The notes under the pieces are model-generated. The model made no database searches and was not told the DNA's origin. It was given only the letters and a program-made list of their open reading frames with translations. From contig CAWCNL010000004.1 in the NCBI GenBank assembly GCA_963796875.1, positions 302,204 to 366,203 of the forward strand: DNA of 64,000 bases, read 5' to 3'. Positions 1 through 11,315 of the stretch are shown here, piece after piece (positions within the stretch are counted from its first letter, which is position 1; each line of letters starts with the position of its first letter). The translations under genes and the position numbers were made by a program. Source of the stretch: an uncultured Actinomycetes bacterium (GTDB taxonomy: Bacteria > Actinomycetota > Thermoleophilia > Gaiellales > JAICJC01).

Positions 1-2546
1 TCATCTGGCGTCAGGGCCGGTCACTGCCCTACGGGGACGGCGTCACCTACTGGGCACTGGGCGAGATGGTGAAGGCTCAGGCGGGCATCCTCGAGACGGA
101 TTCGGCCGAACAGGCCGAGGCAAAACTGCGACTCGCACCGTGTCGTGACCTGATCGACGATCGAAGCTCAGGCGGCGTGGATCGAGGGGCACGTGCGGCG
201 CTCTGGCCGGGCCTGGAGCCGGACACTGCAGCGGGGAAGTGATCGCCGCGAGTGAGGCAACCTCGGCATGGCGACGGTTCTTCGAAGCGCTGGCCGATCG
301 CCATCCGCTCGTGCTCGTGTTCGAGGATCTGCACTGGGCCGACGACGCACCTGCTGGACTTCGTCGACCACTGGTGGAATGGGCCGGAGAGGTACCTCTG
401 CTGGTGGTTTGCACTGCCCGGCCCGAGCTACTCGATCGCCGCCGCGACTGGGGCGGCGGCAAGCGCAACGCGCTGACGATCGCCCTCTCACCCCTCACCG
501 ATGGGGACATCGCGCGGCTGATCGGAACGCTGCTGCGATCGGGCGGTGCTGCCGGCCGAGACGCAGACCAGGCGCTACTCGGCCGCGCGGCGGGAAATCC
601 GCTGTATGCCGAGGAGTACGTGCGGATGCTGATCGACCGGGGCGATCTGCGCCACGAAGGCGAAGGGTGGCGCCTGACTGCCGGGGTCGAGCTGCCCGTT
701 CCCGAGTCGGTGCAGGGGCTCATCGCGGCACGGCTGGACGCCCTACCGGCAGAGGAGAAGTCGCTCCTGCAGGACGCCGCGGTGCTCGGCAAGGTCGTCT
801 GGGTGGGAGCGCTCACGGCGATGAGCGGATCCAGCCAGTTCGTGGTCGAGGAGCGGCTCCACGCCCTCGAGCGGCGGGAGATGCTGAGGCGAGAGCGCCG
901 CTCCTCGGTGGGCGGCGAGGTGGAATACGCGTTTCGGCACGTGCTCACGCGCGACGTTGCCTACAACCAGATCCCGCGCGCCGTGCGGGCCGAGAAACAC
1001 CGCCGCGCAGCTGAGTGGATCGAGTCGCTGGCCGTGGATCGCGACAACGCTCCCGAGATGCTCGCCCACCACTACTCCCAGGCACTCGAATATGCGCGCG
1101 ACGCCGGACAGCCCACCGCAGAACTCGAGCAGCGGACACGCGCCGCGCTGCGCGATGCCGCCGAGCGAGCGGCCGCCCTCAGCTCCGTACGACCAGGCCC
1201 AGCGGTACTACCGGGCAACGCTCGAACTCTGGCCCGAGGACGACCCGGAATGGCCGGCGCTGGTCGTTGCATCAGCCGACGTCTCCGGCGTCAGCCCTCC
1301 CGGTGGACACGTACCCGCGAGGTTGGAGACCGCCCGCGACCGGCTGGTGGCATCCGGCGACTTCGGCAAGGCTGCAGAGGCAGACATGCTGATTGCCTTC
1401 CGCTTCTGGAACGAGGGGGCGACCGAGCAGTCGACTGCGGCCCTCTCGCGATCGGGCGAACTGGTCGAGCGAGCCGAACCGTCGCCGACTGTCGCGCGCG
1501 TAATCAGCAGGCTTGCGATGCTCAGAATGGTGCGAGGGCAGTTCGACGAGGCGATCGAGCTCTGTGAGCGCGCCTTGCGCATCGTCGCCGACCTGCACCT
1601 CGACGATCACCGGCCGCACCTGCTCAACACGATGGGCGCCGCACGGGTCGGTCGCGGAGATATCGGGGGCATCGCAGACCTCGAAGAAAGTATCGAGATC
1701 GCCGAGCGGCTGAACTCGGCCGACGGCATCATCCGCGGCTGCAAGAACCTCGCAAGCGTGCTTGCAGCAGACCTCGGCGAACTCGATCGCGCCGAGGAAC
1801 TCCAACACCGTGGGCTTGAAGCCGCACGGCGGTTCGGTGCTGAGTTCCAGATCATGTGGTTCGAGGCCGAGTTGGGCATCAACGCCTACTGGACCGGCGA
1901 CTGGGACGCGGCAGACCGGGCGTTCGCACGCCTCGATGCGCGGGTCGCAGATGTTGGTCATCACTACATGGAGGCCGCAACCCACAGCTGCCGGGCAAAG
2001 CTCAGAACGGCGCGCGGGGACACCGTGGGCGCACGGGCCGACATCGAGAGTGCGCTCGCCTTCTCGCGCCGCTCAGCCGATCCGCAGATGCTTCTGCCCA
2101 CGCTCGCCGAGGCCGCGCTGTGTGCCGCCACCGCCCCAGGCACGAACTCCCGCCAAGCGGTGGCAGAACTGTTCGCAGAACTCGCCGCCGCGACAGCCGG
2201 CGACCCCGCGTACGGCTACTGGACGATCCAGACAGCCCTCGCCCTGGCGCTCACCGACCAGCCTCTGGCATTCGCCGTGGATATCCCGCACGACCCCTCA
2301 CTGTGGGCGGGCGTGCTGCGATCGATGAGCGAAGGACGGTTCGCTGAGGCCGCCGACGCACTGGGGGCTATCGGTGCGAAACCGGACGAAGCCCTCGCGC
2401 GGCTTCTGGTGGCTCGATCGCATGCACAACACGGCCGCCGGGCCGAAGCCGAGCTGGCGCTCCAACCGGCCCTCGCCTTCTGGAAGGACGTGGGCGCCGT
2501 TGCGTGTCTGGACATGGCAGCCGCGCTCCTGGCGAAGACGGCATAA
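1..2546 (+). CDS. AAA-ATPase/TPR protein of the adenylate/guanylate cyclase-associated type (5' partial, frameshifted)
   Basis: ORF 239..1567 has Walker B-like LVFEDLHWAD, AGNPLY and LIAARLD..L motifs plus YAFRHVL; the helical TPR-like C-terminus continues in 957..2546. Frameshifts near 350 and 1190. Confidence 0.8.
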
Positions 2547-2647
2547 CGGCCGAGTCGCTCGGCGTGACTGAAGGAACTGTCCCGGCTGGGTGGAATCCGA
2601 CAAGGTCATATTTCGGACAGCTTCTCAGCCGGAGGGAGTTGGTATCT

Positions 2648-3466
2648 GTGAGTGAGGAAGTGCAACAGGCGCAAGCGGGGTTCGCCGCGTGGTTTGACCG
2701 CGACGTGACCGGGCCCATGCGCGACTTTCAAAATCCCGACCAGGAGTGGCGGCGCCTGTTCTCGGAGTTCTACGGCACGTTTCTGCTGGTGCTGGTAGCG
2801 GCCGGCGGCGGCATGATGGGGCAGGCGTTCCCCAACACGATCAGCCGCACCGCGGCGGTGACCGCTCCGGCGCTGATGGTGTTGGGCGTGATCCTCTTCA
2901 TGGGCAAGGTCTCGGGCGCGCACCTGAACCCCGCCGTCAGCATCGCGTTCTCGCTGCGCGGCGACTTTCCGTGGAAGCGCGTGCCCGGCTACATCGTCGT
3001 ACAGCTGATCGGCGCATCGCTGGCGGCGCTCTTCCTGCATGAGGTGATCGACGTCTCGGCCAAGTTCGGCTCGAACTACGTCGCCTCCGGCTACTCGGGC
3101 GGGCAAGGCTACCTGATGGAAGCGGTCCTCACCATGGGGCTTGTGAGCGTCATCCTCGGCACCGCATCCGGCGCTCAGAACATCGGCATCTTCGGCGCTC
3201 TCGGCGTCGGCGGCTACATCGCCCTGGCGGGCCTCTGGGGCAGTCCGATCTCGGGTGCCTCGATGAACCCGGCGCGCACGTTCGGCCCCGACCTGATCGG
3301 TGGCGACTTCAGCAACTACTGGGTGTACGTGGCCGGCCCGCTGACCGGCGCGGTCCTGGCGGTCGGGCTCGCGTTTGTGCTGCGCGGTGCGGGTGGCGGA
3401 AAATCTGGCTCGGGCGCGGCTCAGGGCGCGCTGTACACCGAAGCCGCAAACCCGGATCAGGCGTGA
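2648..3466 (+). CDS. MIP/aquaporin family channel
   Basis: Two NPA motifs (SGAHLNPAVS, GASMNPART) and hydrophobic helices; GTG at 2648 follows GGAGGGAG. Confidence 0.92.
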   Translation: MSEEVQQAQAGFAAWFDRDVTGPMRDFQNPDQEWRRLFSEFYGTFLLVLVAAGGGMMGQAFPNTISRTAAVTAPALMVLGVILFMGKVSGAHLNPAVSIAFSLRGDFPWKRVPGYIVVQLIGASLAALFLHEVIDVSAKFGSNYVASGYSGGQGYLMEAVLTMGLVSVILGTASGAQNIGIFGALGVGGYIALAGLWGSPISGASMNPARTFGPDLIGGDFSNYWVYVAGPLTGAVLAVGLAFVLRGAGGGKSGSGAAQGALYTEAANPDQA

Positions 3467-3489
3467 TCTGACCCGGGTGTTCACGCCGC

Positions 3490-4167
3490 ATGGGTGAGGT
3501 ACTCGGGCAGCTTCTGCCGACGGCGGTCGGCGTGGCACTCAGTCCGCTGCCGATCGTGGCGGTGGTGCTGATGCTGGTAACTGCGCGGGGCCGGATCAAC
3601 GGCCCCGCGTTCATCCTCGGCTGGTGGGTGGGCCTCGCGGGTATCGGAGCGGTGGTGATCTCGGCGGCCGGCGGTGCCTCGGCGGCGGGAGATAGCGGTC
3701 CGGCAACCTGGGTGAACTGGGTCAAGTTGATCGTCGGAGCGCTGCTGGTGGCGATGGCGAGCCGGCAGTGGCGGGCCCGGCCGCACGACGGTGTCGAGCC
3801 GGCCACGCCAAAGTGGATGGGTGCCCTGGACAGCTTCACGCCGGCGAAGGCCCTCGGCGCCGGAATCGTGCTGACGGTGGCCAATCCCAAGAATCTGTTG
3901 CTCGCGATCGCGGCGGCGGTCGCGGTTGCCGGAGCGGGTCTCTCCACCGGCGACGAGACCGTGGTGTGGATCGTCTTCATCGTGATCGCCTCGGTAGGCG
4001 TGGCCGCGCCGGTCGTCATCTTCTTCGCGATGGGAGATCGCGCCGGGGCGGTGCTCGACTCGCTGCGAAATCGGCTGGCGCACAACAACGCGGTGATCAT
4101 GGCGGTGCTGCTGACGGTGATCGGCGTGAAGCTGATCGGCGACGCGATCAGCGGATTCTCGGCCTAG
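3490..4167 (+). CDS. GAP (Sap-like) family membrane protein
   Basis: N-terminal GVALSPLPIVAVVL, ANPKNLLL motif, multiple TM segments. Confidence 0.85.
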   Translation: MGEVLGQLLPTAVGVALSPLPIVAVVLMLVTARGRINGPAFILGWWVGLAGIGAVVISAAGGASAAGDSGPATWVNWVKLIVGALLVAMASRQWRARPHDGVEPATPKWMGALDSFTPAKALGAGIVLTVANPKNLLLAIAAAVAVAGAGLSTGDETVVWIVFIVIASVGVAAPVVIFFAMGDRAGAVLDSLRNRLAHNNAVIMAVLLTVIGVKLIGDAISGFSA

Positions 4168-4189
4168 GCAGCGCTGCTAGCATCGCCGC

Positions 4190-4795
4190 ATGGGTACGGC
4201 GGCCTGGAGTACATCCGATGAGGGGTATCTGAAGGCCTACCAGTGGTCGGGATCGCTCGCTGCGGGGGCGACGCTGCCCCCGGCGGCGACGACGCTGCCG
4301 TTGGGGCCCGGCGAAACCGCGCATCTGCATCTGGCTCCGGTCAACGTGTTCGGGTTCTTCGGCGAGCAGAAGGAGTACCGGCGGTCATTTCTGCTGGTCG
4401 GCGGGCCTGTTGGACTCGCGCTCACCGGCGCTGCGAGCTACGCGCACAATCAGTCGCAGAAGGCTGCGGCGCAGCGGGCCGCGGTGCCCAGGTGGCACCC
4501 GCTGGGCTACGCCGACCTGGTGATGACCAACCAGCGCCTGGCGCTCACGCTGAAGGGCCAGATCGAATCGTTCTGGTATGCCGAGACGGGGCCGGTCAGC
4601 TCGTGCGTGGGCACGGCCGGGATCCCCGCCGTGCAGGTACAGCCGGCGGGCATGCCCAACCTGCGGCTCGAATCGGCGGATGCCCCCGTGCTCTACGTTT
4701 TCGTCCATCACCTGCTCGACGGCCGGACGCCTGGCGTCCCGCTGCCTCCCGGCCTGCTGGATCGGGCGCGAGCACAGGGAAGATTGAGGGCCTGA
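4190..4795 (+). CDS. Hypothetical protein
   Basis: Intact 201-aa ORF with protein-like composition; LVMTNQRL resembles PH-like domain strands. Confidence 0.65.
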   Translation: MGTAAWSTSDEGYLKAYQWSGSLAAGATLPPAATTLPLGPGETAHLHLAPVNVFGFFGEQKEYRRSFLLVGGPVGLALTGAASYAHNQSQKAAAQRAAVPRWHPLGYADLVMTNQRLALTLKGQIESFWYAETGPVSSCVGTAGIPAVQVQPAGMPNLRLESADAPVLYVFVHHLLDGRTPGVPLPPGLLDRARAQGRLRA

Positions 4796-4797
4796 GC

Positions 4798-5542
4798 GTG
4801 TTCGATCACGTCGCCATCGCCGTCTCCGACAGGGCAGCAGTCCGAGAGCTTCTACCGCACCGTCCTCGGCCCACTGGGGATCGAACCCACCTACGCGGGC
4901 CCCGAGATGGTCGAGTGGGACGACTTCTGCATCGGCGGCCTCGATGCCGACCACCCCAACGTCAGCCGCGGGCTGCACGTGGCGTTCTGCGCCGCCGATC
5001 GAGCGCAGGTCGACGCGTTCTGGCAGGCGGGCGTCGATGCGGGTTACCGCGACGACGGTGCGCCGGGGCCGCGCGCGCAGTACAGCCCCAGCTACTACGG
5101 CGCGTTTCTGCTCGACCCCGACGGCCACAGCGTCGAGGCGGTGCACAATCCGCAGCCGGACGGCGCCGAGCGCGACGGCAACATCCACCACCTCAGGCTG
5201 CGAGTGCGCGATCCCCAGGCGACCCGCGACTTCTATCTGGCGATCGCCCCGTATGCCCAGCTCAACTGGTGCACGAGGCGGCCGAGAGCGTGATGCTGAG
5301 CGGGCCGGGATTCAGGCTCTCGATCGTGCGCGACGAGCGGCCGGTGACCGACACGTGCACATCGCATTTCCGGCGACGAGGACGCAACCGTGCGCGCGTT
5401 CCACGCAGCGGCACTCGAGGCGGGTTACACCGATAACGGCGCCCCGGGCGAGCGCGCGGTCTACCACCCCGGCTACTACGGCGCGTTCATCCTCGACCCC
5501 GACGGCAACAACATCGAGGTCGTTCACCACAACCGCCACTAA
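4798..5542 (+). CDS. Tandem-domain VOC/glyoxalase protein (frameshifted)
   Basis: Starts MFDHVAIAVSD; two copies of G(A)PG.R..Y.P.YYGAF.LDPDG..(V/I)E.VH in different frames. Confidence 0.8.
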
Positions 5543-5543
5543 C

Positions 5544-5572
5544 GCAACAAACGTGCCTGGCACGTTTGTTGC
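5544..5572. repeat. REP-like palindrome, GTGCCTGGCAC core
   Basis: gcaacaaacgtgcctggcacgtttgttgc between convergent stop codons. Confidence 0.85.
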
Positions 5573-5575
5573 AGT

Positions 5576-6751
5576 TCAGGCGTTGGCGCGGGCGCGGGCG
5601 GCCTGGCGGATCAGATGATCGCGCTCGGGGACGGCACTCGAGAGCCGCGCGGCCTCGGCATACGCGTCGGCAGCGGCCGGCAGGTTGCCGCCCAGCTCGT
5701 ACAGGTACCCGCGCACGGCATGCCACCGGTACTGATCGTCGAGCACCCCGCGCAGCCGATCGGTCTCCCCCAGTCCCGCCGCGGCGCCGTGCACGTGACC
5801 GAGCGCGACCGAGCGGCCCAGCACCGCCGCCGGGTCGTCTTCGATCGCGACCAGATCGTCGTACCAATCGAGGATCTGCACCCAATCGGTCTCGTCTGCG
5901 CCGGCGGCGTCGTCGTGCAGAGCGGCGATGGCCGCCTCGATCTGGTAGCGGCCGGGACGCTCCATCGCGAGCGCCGCCTGCAGCAGTCGCACGCCCTCGG
6001 CGATCTCGGCGGTATCCCACAGGCTGCGATCCTGCCGGTCGAGCGGCACGATCCTTCCCGCCGCATCGATCCGGGCGCGGTTGCGGGCGTGGTTCAGCAG
6101 CATCAGCGCCAGCAGACCGCGCGCCTCCGGCTCGTCGGTCACCAGCGTCATCTGGCGGGCGAGCCGAATCGCCTCGGCGGCCAGGTCGACCCGCCCCGCG
6201 TGACCCGCCGTGTAGATCAGATAGAGCACCCGCAGAACGACGGCGAGATCGCCGGGCCGGTCGAGCCGCCGGCCCTGCAGTGTGCGTTTGGCCCGGCTGA
6301 TGCGCTGCGCCATCGTTGCCTCGGGCACGTAGAACGCGTCGGCGATCTCACGGGTCGTGAGCCCACCGACGGCGCGCAGCGTCAGCGCCACCTGCGACCC
6401 GGGCGAGACGTCGGGGCTGCAGCAGCAGAACAGGACGAACAGCGTGTCGTCGCCCACCTCGGTCGACGCCGGCGCCACGGGCTCGGCATCCGCCACCTCC
6501 TCGCGGCGCAACCGGGCCGACTCCGAGCGGCGGGCGTCCACCAGCCGCCGCGTCGCCACGGCGGTCAGCCACGCGCGCGGATCGTCCGGCGGGCGCTCGG
6601 GCCACACCCGCAGCGCCTCGAGGAGGGCCTCCTGCAGCGCGTCCTCGGCCGCGTCGAAGTCCTCACCCCGCCTCACCATGGTGGCAAGTACGCGCGGGAC
6701 GAGGGTGCGCAGCGCACCCTCGTCCAGCTCGTGCAGCGAACCGCCGTCCAC
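5576..6751 (-). CDS. ECF sigma factor with long C-terminal extension (ECF42-like)
   Basis: DAAEDALQEA, CC.P, ALTLRAVGGLTTREIA, QRISRAK and QDRSLWD motifs; lies downstream of a YciI gene. Confidence 0.88.
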   Translation of the reverse strand: MDGGSLHELDEGALRTLVPRVLATMVRRGEDFDAAEDALQEALLEALRVWPERPPDDPRAWLTAVATRRLVDARRSESARLRREEVADAEPVAPASTEVGDDTLFVLFCCCSPDVSPGSQVALTLRAVGGLTTREIADAFYVPEATMAQRISRAKRTLQGRRLDRPGDLAVVLRVLYLIYTAGHAGRVDLAAEAIRLARQMTLVTDEPEARGLLALMLLNHARNRARIDAAGRIVPLDRQDRSLWDTAEIAEGVRLLQAALAMERPGRYQIEAAIAALHDDAAGADETDWVQILDWYDDLVAIEDDPAAVLGRSVALGHVHGAAAGLGETDRLRGVLDDQYRWHAVRGYLYELGGNLPAAADAYAEAARLSSAVPERDHLIRQAARARANA

Positions 6752-6755
6752 CGGC

Positions 6756-7152
6756 TCAGTTGGTCATCAGCTCGCGGACGTCGAGCCACTCGTACAGCGG
6801 CTCACCGCCCGGCCCCGGCTCGGACGAGACCCACGCGGCGATCTCGAGCACCCGCTCGTAGGACTCGACGTCGACCATGTAGTAGCCGGCGACCAGGTCG
6901 CTGGTCTCGGGCAGCAGGCCGTCGGTCGTCACCGGGGCGGCGTCGGGGCCGCCGTAGCGCACCCAGGTGCGGGTGGGCCGCAGCGCCTGCCCATCGACGT
7001 ACTCGCCGGTCTCCTGCAGCACGTCGCGCACATTGTGCAGGAACGCCATGTGCGCCTCGACGTCCTCGGGCGCCCACTTATCCATCGGCGGGCACGGATG
7101 GTGAGGCTCGGGGCCGCCGCCGATAGTGCTTGAGGATCAGATACCTCGGCAT
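6756..7152 (-). CDS. YciI/DGPF family protein (frameshift near 5' end)
   Basis: VTTDGLLPETSDLVAGYYMVDV; ATG at 7152 (MPRYLILKHY) with GGAGAA RBS. Confidence 0.85.
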
Positions 7153-7199
7153 GATGTTCTCCTGTGGTCAGGGCCTGCTCGATGCGGGCCGTCACGGTG

Positions 7200-7230
7200 T
7201 GAGCGGAGCCGATCAGCGATTCTCGACATC
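7200..7230 (-). promoter_or_regulatory. Candidate ECF42-type autoregulatory promoter
   Basis: Minus strand reads gaTGTCGAgaatcgctgatcggctccgctc upstream of yciI; TGTCGA is the -35 reported for ECF42 (from memory). The -10 match is imperfect. Confidence 0.45.
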
Positions 7231-7298
7231 AAAGCACAGCACGCAATCTGTGACCGGCCGTATCATCCTGGAGTTCCCAACTCAGGGCGGATGTCGCG

Positions 7299-7647
7299 GT
7301 GAGCGAACTCGGCAAGGTCACAACCAGCAAATCGATGGGTGCCACGTGGTGTGCGCCGGCGGCGAGTTCGACATGTCGAACGCCGCGGAACTCCGGCAGG
7401 CGATCGCCGCCGTGCCTGCCAAGAACGCGGTGATCGTCGACTTGGGCCAGATGACATTTGCCGACTCGGCGGTACTGTCGCTGCTGGTCAAGGCCGAGCA
7501 GAAGCTGGAGCAGGACTATCTGCCGCTGATCCTCGTGGCCCCCACCTCGTCATTCTTCTACCGGCTCCTGCAGGTGAGCGGGTTCGAGGTCATGGTCACG
7601 CGGTACGACACCACCGCCGAGGCGATCGCTGCGGTAAAGAGCGTTGA
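7299..7647 (+). CDS. STAS-domain anti-sigma factor antagonist (frameshifted ends)
   Basis: GEFDMSNAAEL and VIVDLGQMTFADSAVL within ORF 7130..7933. Confidence 0.8.
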
Positions 7648-7688
7648 TCGCACGTGTGGTGTTTCGCGAGCCGGGTATCTCTGCGTTC

Positions 7689-8078
7689 ATGAAGGCTTTT
7701 CACCACACCTATCCCGCCCGGCCGGAGTCCGCCCGCCTGGCCCGCCGCGATGCAGCCGCGTTTCTGGCGATCGAGGGCTCGGCGGACGTCGAGGCCATCC
7801 TGGTGGTCAGCGAACTGGTGGCCAATTCGATTCGCCACGCCTACCCGTCCGGGGATGGAGTTGTGCAGGTCACGATCCAGGCTGCCCAGCCGCCGCGCAT
7901 CATCGTCACCGACTACGGCGTGGGCGGCGTTGACGAGCATCAGCAGTACGGCGTCGGCCTGCGCATCGTGGACACGCTGTGCGAACACCTCGAGATCAGC
8001 TCGGGAGCGCACGGCACCATGGTTACCGCCAGGCTCGCCCGCAGCGAAGCGCGAAACCTGCCGCACGCTCGAGCCTGA
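7689..8078 (+). CDS. RsbW-like anti-sigma factor (HATPase_c)
   Basis: LVVSELVANSIRHAY, VTDYG.G and G.GL.IV motifs. Confidence 0.85.
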   Translation: MKAFHHTYPARPESARLARRDAAAFLAIEGSADVEAILVVSELVANSIRHAYPSGDGVVQVTIQAAQPPRIIVTDYGVGGVDEHQQYGVGLRIVDTLCEHLEISSGAHGTMVTARLARSEARNLPHARA

Positions 8079-8118
8079 ACTCCGTCGGGCCGATCTCCAC
8101 CGCTCGCGATCTGGCAGT

Positions 8119-8442
8119 ATGTATGGCATGCGGATGTGGCTGTGGATCGCGGCTCTGCTGACCTTGGTGCTCGGTCTCACGCTGATGCTTACGTCCACAG
8201 GCGGCAATGCGTGGCCGCTGGTGCTCGTGTGGTCGGGCGTGGCACTCGTCTGTGCTGCGGTCGAACTCGTTGCCCGTACCAAGCGCATACGCGTCTTCGT
8301 GCCTACGCTGATCGTGTTCCTCTCGCCGGTACTCGCGTTCGAGGGCGGGTTCTTCGTCCTTCCCGCCGCATTCCTGATGCTGGTCGCCGCCGCGCTGTCA
8401 CCCGATCCCGAAATGGGCTCGCGGGCACGGCCCGCCGGTTGA
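8119..8442 (+). CDS. Small hypothetical membrane protein
   Basis: Hydrophobic C-terminal part of ORF 7750..8442 with 3-4 TM segments; start uncertain. Confidence 0.6.
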   Translation: MYGMRMWLWIAALLTLVLGLTLMLTSTGGNAWPLVLVWSGVALVCAAVELVARTKRIRVFVPTLIVFLSPVLAFEGGFFVLPAAFLMLVAAALSPDPEMGSRARPAG

Positions 8443-8480
8443 CGTCGCCCGGCCTCTGAGACCATCGATATGGTCCGCGG

Positions 8481-9652
8481 GTGAAGCGCAGAGACCATTT
8501 CCGCCAGCGCGGCGACGAGGAACAGCGGGCAACCTGGCTCGAGTTGTTCTTCGACCTCGTGTTCGTCTTCGCGGTCACCCAGCTCAGCCACCTGCTGCTT
8601 CACCACCTGACCGCGCACGGTGCGCTGCAGACGCTGTTCCTGCTGCTCGTGGTGTGGTGGGCATGGATCTACACGACCTGGATGACCAACTGGTTCGACC
8701 CCGATTCGGTGCTGGTGCGGCTCGTCCTGCTGGTGGTCATGGCCGCGAGCCTCCTGATGGCGGTGGCCATCCCGCAGGCATTCGGTGCGTTCGCGGCGCT
8801 GTTCTCGTGCTCGTACGTGGTGCTGCAGGTGACCCGCAACGGGTTCAACGTCTATGCGACACCCCGCGAGCACGACTTTCACGTGATGTTCGAGCGGTTG
8901 CTGTTCTGGAGCCTGGCCTCGGGGGTGCTGTGGCTGGCCGGGGGGTTCGCACCGTCCGAACGTGCGCATCTGGCTGTGGCTGGCAGCGCTCGCGGTCGAC
9001 TACGTGGCCCCCTCGGTGGGCTACTGGACTCCGCGCCTGGGCCGTGCGGAACGACCGAATGGGAGATCGAGATCAGCGCATTTTGCCGAGCGCTTCCAGC
9101 TGTTCGTGATCATCGCGCTTGGTGAGTCGATCGTGGTCACCGGCGCCACCGCCTCGTCGCTGGCGTTCGACCTGCCGATCGGCACGGCACTGATGGTTGC
9201 CTTCGCCACGTCGGCGGCACTCTGGTGGCTGTACTTCGACGAGGTGGGCTGGCGCGCGCAGCGGTACCTTTCGCGCTCCGACGACCCGCGGGAAATTGGC
9301 CCGCGACGCCTACACGTACCTGCACCTGCCGATCATCGCCGGCATCATCGTGGTCGCCGTGGGTGACGAGCTGGTGATCGCCCATCCGGGCCGGACGCTG
9401 TCACACACCGAGCTCGTGGTACTGCTGGGCGGGCCTGCGCTCTACCTGATCGGCCACACACTCTTTCGGCTGCGCATGATCCACAACGTCAGCAAGAAAC
9501 GGGTGGTCGCTACGCTCGCCATCATCGCCCTGGCGCCGCTGGCCAGCGTGCTCTCGGCGCTTGCGATCTCGGCCTGCGTGCTGGCGATCCTGGTGGTGCT
9601 GGCCGTGGCCGAGACGCGCAACCGGCTCGTGGCCGAGGCGGCCGCAGCCTGA
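8481..9652 (+). CDS. ltrA: Low temperature requirement protein A family (frameshifted)
   Basis: ATWLELFFDLVFVFAVTQL, HFAERFQLFVIIALGESI and YTYLHLPI across three frames. Confidence 0.88.
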
Positions 9653-9719
9653 CAGCGGGCTACCGAGCCGAGCTGCCACACGGCTCAAGTGGCGCGAGCC
9701 CAAGACCGATAGCGCACGC

Positions 9720-11259
9720 ATGAGCCAAACCCCGCTCGATGCCGCGCGCACGCGGACATGGACCGAGGCCGTCCCCCACTCGCCATCCGAGCCCCCATCT
9801 CGCCTCGACACGAGGCCGCACGCTGGTGCTCTGCATCACACTGGGCGTGATCGTGTTCGACCTTCTGGCGTTCACGTGGGGCCGCATGTTCTTCACCGAT
9901 ACCTGGCTGACGATGATCGGCGGCCGCTACATCGTCGAGCACGGCCTGCCGCACGTCGACACCCTCACCGTCGTCGCGCAGGGCCGGCCGTGGGTCGACC
10001 AGCAGTGGCTGGCGCACTCGTCTACTACGGGGCGTACGTCGCCGGCGGCTACCCGCTGGTCGGCATGCTGTCGGCGGCATCGATCGCGCGTCGCAATGGC
10101 ATGCTGGCCTTGCTGATGATTCGCCGCGGGGCGGCTCCCATCACGGTGCTCGGCATGATGATCTTCCCGCTCTCGATCCTGCTCTTCTCCGCCGAGCCCC
10201 GCGCCCAGACACTGACGTATCCGCTGTGGATGGCGCGTATGTGGCTGTTACTGGAAGACACCGAGCGGCGGCGGTTCGACCGCAAGCTGTTCTGGTTGGT
10301 GCCGATGATGATGCTCTGGGCGAACCTGCACGGTTCGGTGCTGATGGCGGCCGGTCTGTGCGCTGATCTATCTTCGGTGCCCGAGCGGTGGTAACCGCGC
10401 GCCGCGGTCAGCCCGGCGCCGGCGGGTACGCAACCGTGGCCGCGCTGACCGGCCTGGCGGTGCTCGTGACGCCGTACGGAACGGACATCCTGGCCTATTA
10501 CCCGCGCATCCTCAACGACCCGGCGCTGCACTCGATCCAGGAGTGGCAGCACTCGTGGCCCACGCTGATCAACATGCCGTTCTACGTCACGTTCCTGGTC
10601 ATCGGCGGATTCGCATTCGTCGCCCGGCGCCGCGGCAAGGCGACCGGCCCGCTGGTGCTGTGGATCGTGGCGTTCGCGCTCACCGCCATGGCGTTCTACG
10701 CGGTGCGAAACCAGGTGTGGTTCGGGTTTGTCGCCGGCCTGGTGGGTGCGCAGTGTGTGACCGCGCTTTGGCCGAAGTTCGGACGCACCGGCCCGCCGGC
10801 CGACCGGCGCATGATCGGCGCGGTGATCGCGTTGGTCGCCGCCGCCACGCTGGCAGTCGTGGTGGTCGTGGCCACGACGCCGGCAGCAAAGGTCGATAGC
10901 TCGGTCTCGATGCCCACCATCAAGGCCACCGACGCCTACATGGCGGCGCATCCGGCGACCAGAGTGCTCGCCGACGACATCACCGGCACCGAGCTTCTGT
11001 GGCGCTATCCGCGGCTGGGCGGCCGGGTGGCCTTCGACGCCCGCACCGAGATCTACAAGCCGGCGTCGATCCATACCCTGGCCCGGTTTCTCTCGGGTCG
11101 CAAGGCCGGATGGAAGCAGGCCATGGTCGGCTACAACGTGATCGCAATCTCGTGCCAGTGGCACGCCGATGTGTGTCACTCGGTCAGCAGCTGCCCGGCT
11201 GGCGGCGGCTGCCGGGCACGGCGGGCGGGGTCGTGATGGTCAAGAACACGAACACCTGA
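9720..11259 (+). CDS. Multi-TM membrane protein, possible GT-C-type glycosyltransferase (frameshifted)
   Basis: DTWL...GRYI, WVDQQWL, LWANLHGS, TPYG, IQEWQ and FDARTEIY motifs in several frames; function is inferred. Confidence 0.6.
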
Positions 11260-11315
11260 GCCGCTTGCCCTCACCGGTATGAAGGCAGAGAATGTCCCAT
11301 CCAACAAGGGGGGAC

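Noticed and set aside
7655-7680. SigB/SigF-like promoter (GTTT...GGGTAT) before the anti-sigma gene
   Set aside because: The spacer is only 8 bp, too short for the consensus.
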